A stretch of 64,000 nucleotides of DNA, taken from assembly GCA_000002435.2 (NCBI GenBank), contig CM018793.1; one strand, written 5' to 3'. The DNA is from Giardia intestinalis (lineage: Eukaryota). Made by a program: the position numbers and the translations under genes. This document shows positions 50,136 to 61,410 of this stretch, piece by piece (positions within the stretch are counted from its first letter, which is position 1; each line of letters starts with the position of its first letter). The notes beneath the pieces were generated by a model. That model was not told where the DNA came from and searched no databases. It saw only the letters and a list, made by a program, of their open reading frames with translations.

Positions 50136-53099
50136 TTATTCGCAATGTTCTTCAGAATATTCAGAGAGTATAGTCGTAATACGCGTATATTGATAATACT
50201 TAGCTATTGAAAGGGCAGTCCTGTCATTACATACAGAATGGTGGTATCGATATGATGAATAGTGGTGGTATTGATGTGGAGCCTTCATTCCCTTTTCGTA
50301 CTTTACAAGCTCTTGTACAACACTTTGTTGTTTAAATAGAGTAGCAAACATAAGTGCTGTAAAACCTTTGGGAAAAGGATAGTCGTTTTTTCCACTTTTG
50401 TAACATCCATTAGACGTAGTTTGCATTCTTTGCTGAAGAGGAATAAGAGCTAATACTGTAGAAACATCCCCTCCGGCAGCAGCTCGCATGAGTGCGGTGA
50501 CACCATCTTCATCTGTTGGATTTATAAGTTCCACCATATCCCTATGACCTGCCTTAGCAGCGAAAATAAGGGCAGTATTTCCTTCTTTATCTACCGCATC
50601 TTTTTCATGAAGATACTTCTTAACTGTTAGCAGATCTCCTTCAATAACTGCACACATAAGTGACGTCCACGAAGAATCTTTTTCGTATTTCAATAACATA
50701 GTGATAATATCCTTATGCTTATTATTAAAAGCGTGCATAAGAGCGGTCTGTCCACTGTTATCTTTTAGACCTTTTTGGATTGGTATAAGTAGCTTCACCA
50801 TCTCTGCATCTCCTCTGGCAGCAGCTCGCATGAGTGCGGTGACACCATTCCCGTCTGTCGGATCTTCACTCTTTATAAAGGCCTCGATATCTTTTGTATG
50901 CTCACTCTTGAAAGCGTAGTATAGAACATTACGATTCTGCTTATCTTTGAGTCCCCGCTCATGGCTGAGGAGGATTTCCATGATTTCATTGTGACCTTTC
51001 TGCATGGCCCACATGAGAGCAGATATTCCAGCATCGTCTTGTCGTCCCTTTTCGTGAAGGTTTTCTTTGACTGCACAAACATCGCCGAGATATGCAAAAT
51101 AGATGAGATTTGTCCATCCTGAGGCGCCACCCTCATGTTTCATCAGAAGCTTCACGACCTCGTCCCTTCCGTTCTGAGCAGCAATGATGAGGGCTGTCTG
51201 GCCCTGTTTGTCCTTATGGCCCTTCTCGTCGAGGTGCTGGGACGCCATGTCTATATCTCCAAGAGCTGCGGCGCACATGAGCATTGTCCACCCTACAACG
51301 TCCTTCTCATAGTCCATGAGGAATTTCGTTATTTTCCTGTGACCAGTCTGGGCAGCATAGATAAGAGCTATACATTTGTTTTCATCTCTTATTCCCTTCT
51401 CATGCTCAGCAAGGATATTGACTATCTTGAACCGTTTATCTTTCACTGCCATCATAAGAGCGGTGCAACCATGCAAATCTTTAAAGCCATACTCATATTG
51501 GGCAATTACTTTGATAGTTTCTATATGCGAATTAATTGTAGCAATCATCAAGGCCGTGTTGCCTTTGCTATCAGTCAGACCCTTTTCATATGGAACTAGA
51601 ATAGAAGCCATCTCCGTGCATCCTTTCTCTGCAGCAATCATCAAGGCGGTACGGTTGTTAGCTCTTTGTCCACATTCATAACGGACAAGAACTTTGACCA
51701 CTTCAGGATGGTTATTATGCATAGCATGCATGAGCGCGGTCCAGCCATTATTGTCCTGGAGGCCCTTCTCCTTCTCGGCAAGCAGCTCAACGGGGCCCAC
51801 GTGCCCCTGCTGGGCTGCGTGCATGAGGGCCGTCATTCCCTGCTCGTCACGTCTGCTGATGCCAATCCTCTCATTGACCAGCATTCGAACAGTCTCCGTG
51901 CTATTCGTGTGTGCGGCACGCATCAGCCTGGTGAGGATAATAAGCTCATTAGACGCTTTCAAGGCAGATATCACTTTTTCCAGGCCTACGATTTTCTTCT
52001 CGAGCATACCTATCTTAGAATATTGCTGATTGCAATGTTTTTTAAACTTGGCTATTCCAGCTACTTTTACGTCGAGATCTTTTTGGAGAGATGCTATTTG
52101 AATACGTTGATTTGTATTTGTCTGTGCAGACTCGTTCAGGGCTGCTTCTAAGCACTTACATTTATCAGCCAGCATGTCACATTGTTTAATCACCATGTTA
52201 ATTTGAGAATGTAGTTGTTCCGTGCGCTGGTATATCAGTATTGTGGCATCGGCATTGTTCCGTAGCTCTAGCATATGTACAAGCTCGTCTGCTGTAATAC
52301 GGTCTTCTGGCGTCAGAACAAAAATCCTTTTTAGGAGCTCTCTTACAAATATGCTTGACACAGAGCTAAGGTCAGGTGCCCAGTTGTCAGTAAACATAGC
52401 TCCGCTGGGATCGCTACGCGAAAATGCAGGCCTAGTTCCAGTTACAAGCTCATATAAAATGACGCCGAGACTCCAAATGTCAGAAGAGGGGCTATACTTT
52501 CTTTCTAAAACAGTCTCTGGTGCAGCGTAGAGTAAGGCATCAACAGGAGTGCTGTTAAACGCTGTCTCATCCTTACAAAGACCAAAATCTGTAATGACAA
52601 CAGCTGTGATATCTTCGTCAGTCAAGATATTAGTTGGCCTTAGATTCTTGTAGAGCATAAGGGGTAAGGAGCCATCTTTCGGACTTGTCTTGTCTGGGCT
52701 GTGAAGATATGCCAGGGCAGAAGCAAGTTGACAGGTGATATCGAGTGACTTTTCAAGAGATATGTTAAGATTTTTTCTCTTATATATTTTAATGACTGAA
52801 TCCAAGGACTGGCTGTATCGTTTCATAAATATGTACAAAAGACCTTCACGCCATACTACTCGCTGATATTTAATAACTCTAGGATGATCCAAGTGTAAGA
52901 AGTGGTTAACGTCTTCTCTCAAGGACTCCAGCCTAGTGGGAGGAACTCCGTCCAGTTGAATTTCTTTAACCACGTCAGTTGGCGAACTCTTGAGGGAATA
53001 AACAGCTCCACAAGAACCTTTCCCAAGAAGGATGTCCATATCATCTACAAGCGTATCCAAAAGGTGTGCTTCCCCGACGCCCTTGATGTCTTCAGTCAT
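50136..53099 (-). CDS. NEK-like kinase with ankyrin-repeat array; predicted pseudokinase (HRD replaced by YKN)
   Basis: ATG at 53099 (the track start at 53117 is TTG), with AT-rich upstream. Gly loop LGKGSCGAVY, VVKEI, DFG and APE are present, but the catalytic loop reads LMLYKNLRPTNIL where VVHRDIKPANIL is expected (nt 52644..52652). A coiled-coil linker and ~17 ankyrin repeats follow. Confidence 0.88.
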   Translation of the reverse strand: MTEDIKGVGEAHLLDTLVDDMDILLGKGSCGAVYSLKSSPTDVVKEIQLDGVPPTRLESLREDVNHFLHLDHPRVIKYQRVVWREGLLYIFMKRYSQSLDSVIKIYKRKNLNISLEKSLDITCQLASALAYLHSPDKTSPKDGSLPLMLYKNLRPTNILTDEDITAVVITDFGLCKDETAFNSTPVDALLYAAPETVLERKYSPSSDIWSLGVILYELVTGTRPAFSRSDPSGAMFTDNWAPDLSSVSSIFVRELLKRIFVLTPEDRITADELVHMLELRNNADATILIYQRTEQLHSQINMVIKQCDMLADKCKCLEAALNESAQTNTNQRIQIASLQKDLDVKVAGIAKFKKHCNQQYSKIGMLEKKIVGLEKVISALKASNELIILTRLMRAAHTNSTETVRMLVNERIGISRRDEQGMTALMHAAQQGHVGPVELLAEKEKGLQDNNGWTALMHAMHNNHPEVVKVLVRYECGQRANNRTALMIAAEKGCTEMASILVPYEKGLTDSKGNTALMIATINSHIETIKVIAQYEYGFKDLHGCTALMMAVKDKRFKIVNILAEHEKGIRDENKCIALIYAAQTGHRKITKFLMDYEKDVVGWTMLMCAAALGDIDMASQHLDEKGHKDKQGQTALIIAAQNGRDEVVKLLMKHEGGASGWTNLIYFAYLGDVCAVKENLHEKGRQDDAGISALMWAMQKGHNEIMEILLSHERGLKDKQNRNVLYYAFKSEHTKDIEAFIKSEDPTDGNGVTALMRAAARGDAEMVKLLIPIQKGLKDNSGQTALMHAFNNKHKDIITMLLKYEKDSSWTSLMCAVIEGDLLTVKKYLHEKDAVDKEGNTALIFAAKAGHRDMVELINPTDEDGVTALMRAAAGGDVSTVLALIPLQQRMQTTSNGCYKSGKNDYPFPKGFTALMFATLFKQQSVVQELVKYEKGMKAPHQYHHYSSYRYHHSVCNDRTALSIAKYYQYTRITTILSEYSEEHCE

Positions 53100-54487
53100 A
53101 GGATTTTTATTCTTCAAATTTGCAATTATTTAGGAGCTTAAACGACGCTACACGATCTAGACAAGTAAATTCGGAAGTAGAGCATACAAAGAGCTAACTA
53201 GGATAAATGTTCTTTGCCGTTTTTCTATTAAAAAAGTAGAGTAATAAAAGCTGCTCTGAAGAGAGTTGAGACTGAAGTTTTGGGTTGATTGATAAACTTG
53301 TAGTAACTTATATGATCGCATGAACCTTTTATTCTTCAATACTACAGTCAATCCATATTGTCCAAGTGATTGGCTTTTCCATCGAAGTCAATCGATTGAG
53401 GTATATCGTATAGTGACCGAAAGCATGACAGGACAGTGGTGCAAGGTTCCAGTATGCTCGGAAGCCCTTCTATTCGTTCGAATTGCTGCTGAACAGCCAA
53501 GAACCAATTGAGTTCTACTGATGGTAATCGTAACATCCAGGATCATCGAACTCCAGTGCTCCTGAGAACTATAGAATAAGAAGAGATAGATGTGCTAACA
53601 AACTTAGTGGGCAGAGGATTGCCTATGCCATGTGCCAATTGTGGTTCTAAAATGCTGAATATAGAGTTACTGTAGAACAGTTGAGTTGCTTGTGAAGGGG
53701 TGCTTTAAAGCCGTAGGGTAACAGCACCTCGGTAAGAGAAGATAAAGAGGATGTTAGGATCAAGCAGTAAGAGTATTCAATACTAATTGTTGGGTGTAAC
53801 GTACAGCTCTATGATCTGGTAAACGCACGTCTACACTCTACCTCCCTGGTCTGCAACCACAAGCGATTAGCAATAAGCATAATAATAAGCCCTAAGCCAT
53901 CTGGTTGTAGTATTAACGCAATAAGGTACTTTTGGTCTTTAGTCTAAGTAATTGATTGCTTGTTCAAACATAAAACGAATGTGCCCCTAGGGATGTTTAG
54001 GTTGCAAAAGATGGAGTCCCCTCTTTAGCTATCATTGAAAAGTGCATTCTTGTGTGGTTAAAGGGTAGAAGGTGCCAGAAGAGAGGCAATCTCACGGAAT
54101 ATCGACACTTTCCTAAGCTGAGAGAGGTTGCTCTTAGATAGTACGACATATCACACGTTATAATGGTTAAAAGGCAAGGGGTAGAGAGTTACCATTGTAT
54201 TTCACGTCTCGTGTCCTACGTCATGGTAACCTAACTGTTTCGTTCTGACAGCCATCACGTTCATTAAGAATACATCCTTCGTATACAACTAACCCTCTAC
54301 GCCTGTAAATAGCGCCTCCAGTCCTTACCGCTCAGCTAAGGATAGCAGATAAAACGGGGCAACCTACCTTCGCCGAGAAAGCAATTGTAGCTGGTAGGCC
54401 CATACCACTCACTTCATCTCCACAGAAACAAGATCAGACGGTTCTCGTCATTTTTACAAACATTCGTTGTAGGAATTTGTAAATAAA

Positions 54488-54796
54488 ATGGATGACGAAG
54501 GAGACGTCCCCCCAATTGAAAGGAAGCCAGAAGCAGAAGTCAAGCCCGAGCAGGCGCAGAAGATAATGATAAAGGTCTCAGATGAGCACGAAAACGCCAT
54601 TTGCTTCAAGGTTAAGATGACAACCGCCCTCTCCAAAGTGTTCGACGCTTACTGCTCAAAAAATTCACTTCAGCGAGGGGACGTCCGATTTTACTTCAAC
54701 GGTGCTAGGGTATCTGATACGGCAACCCCCAAGAGCCTTGATATGGCTGAAAATGACATCATTGAAGTGATGCGAAATCAGATTGGCGGCCACTAG
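54488..54796 (+). CDS. SUMO: SUMO (small ubiquitin-like modifier) precursor
   Basis: ATG verified (ttgtaaataaaATG). IKVSDEHENAICFKVKMTTALSKVFDAYCSKNSL...VRFYFNGARVSDTATPKSLDMAENDIIEVMRNQIGG-H gives the ubiquitin-like fold with a C-terminal di-Gly followed by a single His to be processed. Confidence 0.9.
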   Translation: MDDEGDVPPIERKPEAEVKPEQAQKIMIKVSDEHENAICFKVKMTTALSKVFDAYCSKNSLQRGDVRFYFNGARVSDTATPKSLDMAENDIIEVMRNQIGGH

Positions 54797-54844
54797 GTCT
54801 GTAAACCTATTAACCTAATTGTAGAGGAAAAATAATATACCGTC

Positions 54845-57800
54845 TCAGTGAGTGGCTAGGTCGACAGATGGGGCAATGCTTTCAGGAAGAGACGTTGCAG
54901 GTAAGTCTACGGGGTCTTTGGGTTCTGGAGTAGCCGGTTCCTTGGCATCTGAACAGCTGTCTCTAACATTTGCTGCTGACGATAGCTTTATCTTGCCCAG
55001 TCGCCGACTAGCACGCGTTGACGTAGCTCCTGATGGTACTTCACTGTGGATCTCGCTTGTTGTGCGGCTGATTGCTCGGCTTCCTGTCCTGCTAGTCAGT
55101 CGGCTTCCGCTTTTGCTAACTGATCGGCTCCCACACATGCCGCGTTTGACTTTTTCCTGCCTTGTCTGCGACTTGGTAATCGGAGTCCCATTAAGGAGTA
55201 TCTCTTCAGCCGAATCCTCATGAGACTGATGAGTATTCACCTCGCCCTCTTCCTTCTGTAGCTCTAGGGCAAGGATAGCACCAACTTCCTCTGGATTAAC
55301 ACCTTGGGAGGGAAGCGTGGTATCCTGCATGGCTTCATGAACCTCATTAAGCGGTTGCATCCGGTCAGCCTCCAACTGTGATGGAGACATGACAGTGTCA
55401 TGGAGCTGGGGAGACGGCTGCTCCTTAGATTCAGGCTCTGGTTCGGCCTCGATGACTTGATCGTAAATACTGCTCATTCCATTGACTTCATCTATGGAAA
55501 CTTCAATATTCATTATACTGGCCTGGGCAGTAGCTCTTGGAATCAACGCTTCAGTTGCGTCGAGCATGTCAACAAGGATGGGGATCGCCTGGACAAGTTG
55601 CATTCCTGATGATCGTGCACCGTGGTTCGGCGATGTGGCCCGAGATGCGCCTCTACTGTTTATTGAATTGCCAATCTCTCGCAAAACATCTTGTAGGTCC
55701 TGTATTTCTGGGCTATTAATGTTCTTTATACTGTGTGCCGATGGACCAGCATCCATAGCATCTTCATCGGTTGTCACCTTATGAATCTCTTCTGGTATGC
55801 TTACATTGGTACATCCCACAGCTGGTTGCTGCTGGTGGAGAGAGGCTGTGGCTATCTCAGAGGAATCAGGTGTTGGCTCTCTTGTAAGGCTTTCTTCCTC
55901 TTTTGCAAAACCGGTAGAGTCCTCGGGTTTAGGCTCTTGAGCATGAGAAATAGGGGGGCAAGAGTCATTTGGGTCATCAGGTCGTGGGGGTATGTAGATC
56001 TGGCTGTTTCTTGGTAGTGGGCTCTCTGAAATAGAACTTGTTGCTGCGGGGTTCTCTTGATCAATTGGGACTTCTTTGGTTGCTGTCTCCAGGATTACTT
56101 GAGGCGCAGATGGAAGGGGAGATATAGGTAATGTTGGGGACGCATAATTGGAAGGATGAGCGCTAATCGTAACCAGGGGAGACTCTGACCTGTCCTCTGG
56201 TTGCCGCCTAACACTTCCAGTAAGTTCCTGGAAGGTGTCTGATCCATCCAGCTGCTCGCCTTGAAGCACTGCCCGAACAGAGATCGCAGCAACGGCAGCA
56301 GCTACTGGAGGTCGGGGAACAATAGGCAGTGACGATGATAGACTGTCCCGCACCGAAGTTGCGGTGCATTGGGCATTGGCAGACTCGCTTAGAGAGGTGT
56401 TGTTCAGCACGCTCTCTTCTACAGTGCCAGTAACAACAGACTCGATCTTATTCTCCTTGACCGAACAGTCGATCTTTATTGAATCCACTTTTAGAACAGC
56501 TGTCATGGGGTTGAGCTTTATAGCATCGTGAATGGCTGACGATACAGTATAAGCGATTGAACCCCGCTCCAACTCATGTACGTGCTCTAAATTCGCACCG
56601 GTCACGGAAGCTTCTACCTCGACAGGAAAGCCAGAAGCAGGGTCGGACTCCGAAGTAAGTCCACTGTTCTTGACGGGTTGAACCCGGTGGATCCTAGTAA
56701 CAGTATACGTCTGCTCTGGCGGGGGGACTTGTGGAGAATTTGAACTGTGTATTTGTTTTTTGGACAAAGACGGGCTTTTTCTTTTAGTAATTCGCACGGC
56801 AATTGCTCTTGGTGAGAATAGTTGCTGCTGTGAACTCGCCTTTTTAAGCATGGAATCCTGTAGGTCTGGTTGCGCGCTTGCAATGGAAATATTGCAACAA
56901 TCAGTGCTTGCGTCTATGCCTGATGTGCTATCTCTGACTTTGATTGCCGTTACAGGCTGCGGACTTGTAATGGGGGCATCCGAAGGTGAAGGCGAAGATA
57001 GAGGCAAACCTGCTCTTTCTTCTAGATATGTTCTATCCTGTTTGTCCTGATTCTGTATATTATTTGCAGATATATTAGAAATAGATTTGGTTTTGGGCAC
57101 TCGTTCCAGAATGCAAGACAGAGAAGACACCATTACCTCCTCTTCCATGGTAGTGTGACTATGAGGCTCTGACTCAATAGGACATGTTTTATCTTGCCGT
57201 TCTTTCATAACTACAGTATTAATATGTGTATTTTTTTGAGCAAGCGATAGCTCCTTTGTTGCACGAGCTGTACCCACTGAGAAGGGTAATTCCTCTGTAT
57301 TTTCATTATCTACGTCTACCTCATAAAAGTCTGTTACAGCAGATATTGGAACAGGCTCAACGGCCTGGTGAAAGCAATGTATTGGCGATGGTGATCTATT
57401 AGATATTGCCATATGATCAAGCTTCAGTGTGTTTTGATCTACATGCCTTCCTATTCCTGGCGTCACAGTTGGGGTTATCCCGCACGCAATGGGTAATTCA
57501 GAAAGATATGACAGATCGGTCCGCTGCTTTGCAGATATTGGGATAGTTGTAGGGAAGGTGTCCAGTAAGCTCGCTGCATTACCGCCGCTACAATTAACAA
57601 GCTCATCGCCCACCCCACTAGTAGCAGTCATTCTGCTCAGTTCCACTATTGGGCGAGAGTCTATGACAGTGACAGGCTCGCTAACCGCTGTAAGTGACGC
57701 TCTCTCGTCAATGACAATGCTATCTTGCAGATATATATCCAGGACCCTAGATGTCTGTACAGAGCACTGAGAGAGCTCCGCACCATTTGACTGATATAAG

Positions 57801-58525
57801 TGATGCATAGCTGACGCAGGAAAGTTAATTCCAGTGGGGCTTATAGTATAGCCTAAGAACTGGGACGCGTGCTTGTTTTCGAAATCGGTTGAAAACTTTC
57901 TTATGTCGTCTATGAAATCTTGGCGCTGCGGTAACAACTGATCAAATTGTGAAAGACTTGAGGCGTTTGCGCTCATCGGCGTGCAGAATGGGCATGCTGT
58001 TTCTGCTGACGAGAATATAGAGCCGGAAATAAGCAGAATAAGATATTTGCGATCATCAGTAGAGAGAAGCGATATCTTTCCAGTGTCTGCGAACAGAAAC
58101 TTAAGGAGATCAGATCCTTCTATCCCTGTGGCTAAACACCGATTCAAACAGGTCCTACAACAGGTCCTCAATAGATGGTTATATAGATTTGCCGAACCAG
58201 GGCCGAGGTCGACAACAGTGGTCGGCAAGTGCATCTCAGTACAATCTGGAAAAACCGAAAGGATAAACCCCTGAGTAGACCCCAATGAGCCCAGATCGAT
58301 TAAGAGCTGTTTAAAGAGCTGCGTACTGCATACACATTCCGGCAGTAAATCCTGCAATACAGCCTCGTCGCCCACACCAGCACAATCCTCAAATTTCTCA
58401 AGAGATAGCTCCATGCTGAGCGCTTTAAAGAGATCAACAAGATCTGCCATGCACTGGGACATTGGGCTTCCTATTATATGTTGCAAAAGCCGCAATTTGA
58501 TGTCTAAAAGCCTTGTTGGGTGCAT
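54845..58525 (-). CDS. Large hypothetical protein (1226 aa), Ser/Pro/Thr-rich and mostly low-complexity, with a structured N-terminal ~200 aa
   Basis: ATG at 58525 (the track start at 58531 is TTG). It lies 2 nt downstream of the stop of the preceding gene on the same strand. The N-terminus has a possible Rossmann-like GxGxG-ish segment (VVDLGPGSANLY), which was not trusted. Confidence 0.55.
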   Translation of the reverse strand: MHPTRLLDIKLRLLQHIIGSPMSQCMADLVDLFKALSMELSLEKFEDCAGVGDEAVLQDLLPECVCSTQLFKQLLIDLGSLGSTQGFILSVFPDCTEMHLPTTVVDLGPGSANLYNHLLRTCCRTCLNRCLATGIEGSDLLKFLFADTGKISLLSTDDRKYLILLISGSIFSSAETACPFCTPMSANASSLSQFDQLLPQRQDFIDDIRKFSTDFENKHASQFLGYTISPTGINFPASAMHHLYQSNGAELSQCSVQTSRVLDIYLQDSIVIDERASLTAVSEPVTVIDSRPIVELSRMTATSGVGDELVNCSGGNAASLLDTFPTTIPISAKQRTDLSYLSELPIACGITPTVTPGIGRHVDQNTLKLDHMAISNRSPSPIHCFHQAVEPVPISAVTDFYEVDVDNENTEELPFSVGTARATKELSLAQKNTHINTVVMKERQDKTCPIESEPHSHTTMEEEVMVSSLSCILERVPKTKSISNISANNIQNQDKQDRTYLEERAGLPLSSPSPSDAPITSPQPVTAIKVRDSTSGIDASTDCCNISIASAQPDLQDSMLKKASSQQQLFSPRAIAVRITKRKSPSLSKKQIHSSNSPQVPPPEQTYTVTRIHRVQPVKNSGLTSESDPASGFPVEVEASVTGANLEHVHELERGSIAYTVSSAIHDAIKLNPMTAVLKVDSIKIDCSVKENKIESVVTGTVEESVLNNTSLSESANAQCTATSVRDSLSSSLPIVPRPPVAAAVAAISVRAVLQGEQLDGSDTFQELTGSVRRQPEDRSESPLVTISAHPSNYASPTLPISPLPSAPQVILETATKEVPIDQENPAATSSISESPLPRNSQIYIPPRPDDPNDSCPPISHAQEPKPEDSTGFAKEEESLTREPTPDSSEIATASLHQQQPAVGCTNVSIPEEIHKVTTDEDAMDAGPSAHSIKNINSPEIQDLQDVLREIGNSINSRGASRATSPNHGARSSGMQLVQAIPILVDMLDATEALIPRATAQASIMNIEVSIDEVNGMSSIYDQVIEAEPEPESKEQPSPQLHDTVMSPSQLEADRMQPLNEVHEAMQDTTLPSQGVNPEEVGAILALELQKEEGEVNTHQSHEDSAEEILLNGTPITKSQTRQEKVKRGMCGSRSVSKSGSRLTSRTGSRAISRTTSEIHSEVPSGATSTRASRRLGKIKLSSAANVRDSCSDAKEPATPEPKDPVDLPATSLPESIAPSVDLATH

Positions 58526-58527
58526 TT

Positions 58528-59601
58528 TCAATTTTTTGGTCTTGGTGCTTCCACCGCTGAGGTCGAATGTGGAGCAGATTTCGAACGAGGATGTAGAGGT
58601 GATTCGCTCTGCAATCGCTGTGTAAATCTTTGCTTAGCATCAGTCTTGTTGGCTCGCTGGATTGCTATTAGGTCTGAAATGGCTTTCTCTCTGTCCTGCA
58701 AAGCCACCAGCTCTTTGAGTGAGACCCTAATTCTCTTCTGTTCTGCATCGAGAAGGGCTTTTCTTGCTTCTTGCTTGCTGACTGTCTGGGCCACAACGCG
58801 GGCCTTGAACCTAGCTTCGGAGTCCAGCATCTGTATTCGCGCTTGGACTATCCTTTGGTGCTTCTCCTCTAATTCTTTATCGTACTCTTCTGAAAGAGTA
58901 GCGTATGCTGCTGCCAGCTCCTGACGTAGTACGGCCACCGATGCTCGTTTGGACTGTTCAAGTTCAGTCTTACGTGTTCTTATGTTTTCTTTGATGCTTA
59001 GGGCCATTTCCATGTTTTGCTTGTGTTGCTTGACAACACTCTTCTCACGCTGCTCTCGTTGCAATCTTTGGTTTTCTTGGCTCCTGACTCGCAAGTTGTG
59101 AGTTCTTTGGGCTTCTTCCAATCTAGTTACCATATTCTTAGCAGATCGCTCCTCTAGCTCCTGCTTGAGTTTCAATCGGTTTATTCTCCTTTTCAATAGT
59201 TCTACGTCTTGCTCGAGTTTGTTTGCTTCATCTTTTCTTTCGTCAATCATTCGTTGGGTAATCGCATTTGCCGGTAGTTGAAAAAGCTTAGCAAGACGTG
59301 CACTTGCTGGTCGTACAGGCTTCGGATCTCTATGAAGTAAATACTCAGTAGCCAAGGCATGATTCTCTAGTTGTAGAGCATCCTTTAACGAAATGACACG
59401 GGGAGAACCAATCCGACCTGATACAGTTACATTACCAGGAACTCGAGAGGCCGTCTCTAGACCGGTCCGAGCTCGCCACAGGGACTGCCCTGCCTTTTCA
59501 AAGACAATATCCTCTAGTTCTACTTCACTTAGGTCGCGAAGCGTAAGAAGATGACCCGAAGCCCTCATTTTACAACACTTCTTTGAATTCATACCATTCA
59601 T
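58528..59601 (-). CDS. Coiled-coil protein (hypothetical)
   Basis: First ATG at 59601 (the track start at 59634 is GTG). The C-terminal 250 aa is almost pure heptad-repeat E/K/R/Q/L. Confidence 0.55.
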   Translation of the reverse strand: MNGMNSKKCCKMRASGHLLTLRDLSEVELEDIVFEKAGQSLWRARTGLETASRVPGNVTVSGRIGSPRVISLKDALQLENHALATEYLLHRDPKPVRPASARLAKLFQLPANAITQRMIDERKDEANKLEQDVELLKRRINRLKLKQELEERSAKNMVTRLEEAQRTHNLRVRSQENQRLQREQREKSVVKQHKQNMEMALSIKENIRTRKTELEQSKRASVAVLRQELAAAYATLSEEYDKELEEKHQRIVQARIQMLDSEARFKARVVAQTVSKQEARKALLDAEQKRIRVSLKELVALQDREKAISDLIAIQRANKTDAKQRFTQRLQSESPLHPRSKSAPHSTSAVEAPRPKN

Positions 59602-59618
59602 TAGCTGAACCCTGTAGA

Positions 59619-61271
59619 ATGCCCAGTCCACCACAGTCTTTGTGCAACCTTCACCCGTGCAAAGGTCACTCTGGGCCTCAGAATCTCAACGATTACCTCG
59701 ATTCTTGTTCTAAAGGGGATCCTGCGCTCGTCCCTGGCACTGATGATATAGCTATCAACGAAGACACTCCCACTGGAACCCTATCGATATGTAAGGCCTT
59801 GGACGCCTCTACAATAGCTGGGAATGAGCCCTGTCAGCTAGCAACCGAGAGCTTCTTGGCGGCACAGACACCTAAAGGGAAAGACCCTTGTGATAGTATA
59901 GAGCAAGCCCCAAAGGCCATCTGTCATGGTGATATCCTAGAGTGGCGGCAGATAGAGTTAGAAGAATGGCCAGGCAATATCTCTAATGACAATAAGAGTG
60001 GGGGCTGGAGCACATTCACAGGTGCAATAAGATGCATGAATACGCCTGTTACTCAGCACGTAAAGCGAAACCTTAATGAATGCTTTGATATAAAGCCTTT
60101 CTCGCAATCCTTCTTTGAATCTGTCAACCAACACGATAGCCTTTCCACTACCTGCCAAGCACATATAGTCAAACCCCTGGGTGACCGAGAAGGGCTCTAC
60201 CCTATTGCTGAGATACGTGATTCTGATCCTATTGCATACAGCCCTTTTATCCAACCCTCTTCTCCATCGTCACAAGCATCACCGCGCTCTCTTCTCACAA
60301 ACACTGCCGTCAAGGCCACTCATAAGCCCTCAGCACCATATTCACTTAATCCCCTGGTTATTAGGCAAGCTAGGCCACATAACTTTGATGGGTCCCCGTC
60401 CAGTTTTTCTTCTGGACCTCGGACTAATGAAGAGGCACAATCTGTAGAGGTTAAGTTGGATGGACTTGGAGGAGCTGTTATCACATTCACTCCACTGACA
60501 CCGTCATCTCCGTCGCGAACTGCTCAGGGGCTCTGTCACACAGTTGATTGTTCACCGCATCGGCATTTCCCGAAAACAGCTCTTTCATTCAACAAGCGGG
60601 CAACGCTGCACACCCGCATTAAGGATATAGCTTCGGACCAGCAACGCTATACCTTTTGTGATAGCAGTGAAGCTACTATCTCAAATGAAACACCAGACTC
60701 TCCACCTCATGCAGTAGTACACACAGCTCAAATGCACGGTAACTCTCTTCCACATGCAAGAGTACGATCGGCATATCGGACAGTTAATCCTGTACCTACT
60801 AAGAGCCCACCAAACTTGCACCTGACTGGGTTGTTTTCTCCACCTTCAGCTTCACAGAAAAGCAAACACTTTACTGCTTCTGAAGGAGTCTTATTAGTAG
60901 AGAACAAAGGGTCTTCTTCCTCATCCATTCTATTAAAGCAATCCATGATTAAACCTAGCCCAATCAATTCATTGAAGGAGATCGCTAAGTCAGAAACTGG
61001 ATCCCACTTGGACAATGCTCGGCTTTCTATTCACACTGGAATCATTAACAATGCTAGAGATGTGCCTGTAAGCTATGACGCCTTCACAGAATCTCCCTTA
61101 CAAACTCGTGACCGGGAGATCATGCACGACCTCAGCCTTTCTCCTATAGAGCTATGCTCCCTTGGACTTCACAATGGCCGAACGATGACTCCTCGAGCGA
61201 GGGCAATATCGGCGTTGCAAAAGCTTAGACATCATCCATCTCGAAAGATAGATACTTCTATTCACTGTTAG
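59619..61271 (+). CDS. Hypothetical Ser/Pro-rich protein
   Basis: First ATG at 59619 (the track start at 59583 is TTG). It is divergent from the preceding gene with only ~17 bp between the start codons, so start assignment is uncertain. Confidence 0.45.
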   Translation: MPSPPQSLCNLHPCKGHSGPQNLNDYLDSCSKGDPALVPGTDDIAINEDTPTGTLSICKALDASTIAGNEPCQLATESFLAAQTPKGKDPCDSIEQAPKAICHGDILEWRQIELEEWPGNISNDNKSGGWSTFTGAIRCMNTPVTQHVKRNLNECFDIKPFSQSFFESVNQHDSLSTTCQAHIVKPLGDREGLYPIAEIRDSDPIAYSPFIQPSSPSSQASPRSLLTNTAVKATHKPSAPYSLNPLVIRQARPHNFDGSPSSFSSGPRTNEEAQSVEVKLDGLGGAVITFTPLTPSSPSRTAQGLCHTVDCSPHRHFPKTALSFNKRATLHTRIKDIASDQQRYTFCDSSEATISNETPDSPPHAVVHTAQMHGNSLPHARVRSAYRTVNPVPTKSPPNLHLTGLFSPPSASQKSKHFTASEGVLLVENKGSSSSSILLKQSMIKPSPINSLKEIAKSETGSHLDNARLSIHTGIINNARDVPVSYDAFTESPLQTRDREIMHDLSLSPIELCSLGLHNGRTMTPRARAISALQKLRHHPSRKIDTSIHC

Positions 61272-61410
61272 GCAAAAATCTTTTTATCCCATACCCGCGG
61301 CGCATTCCATGATTGTCCTTTGAAAACACTAAATACTAATAAATTAACTTTCAGCTCTCTCATCATTAGTGTGCCTTTGCGATCAAAATCATTCATAGGT
61401 CCTTTAGCAC

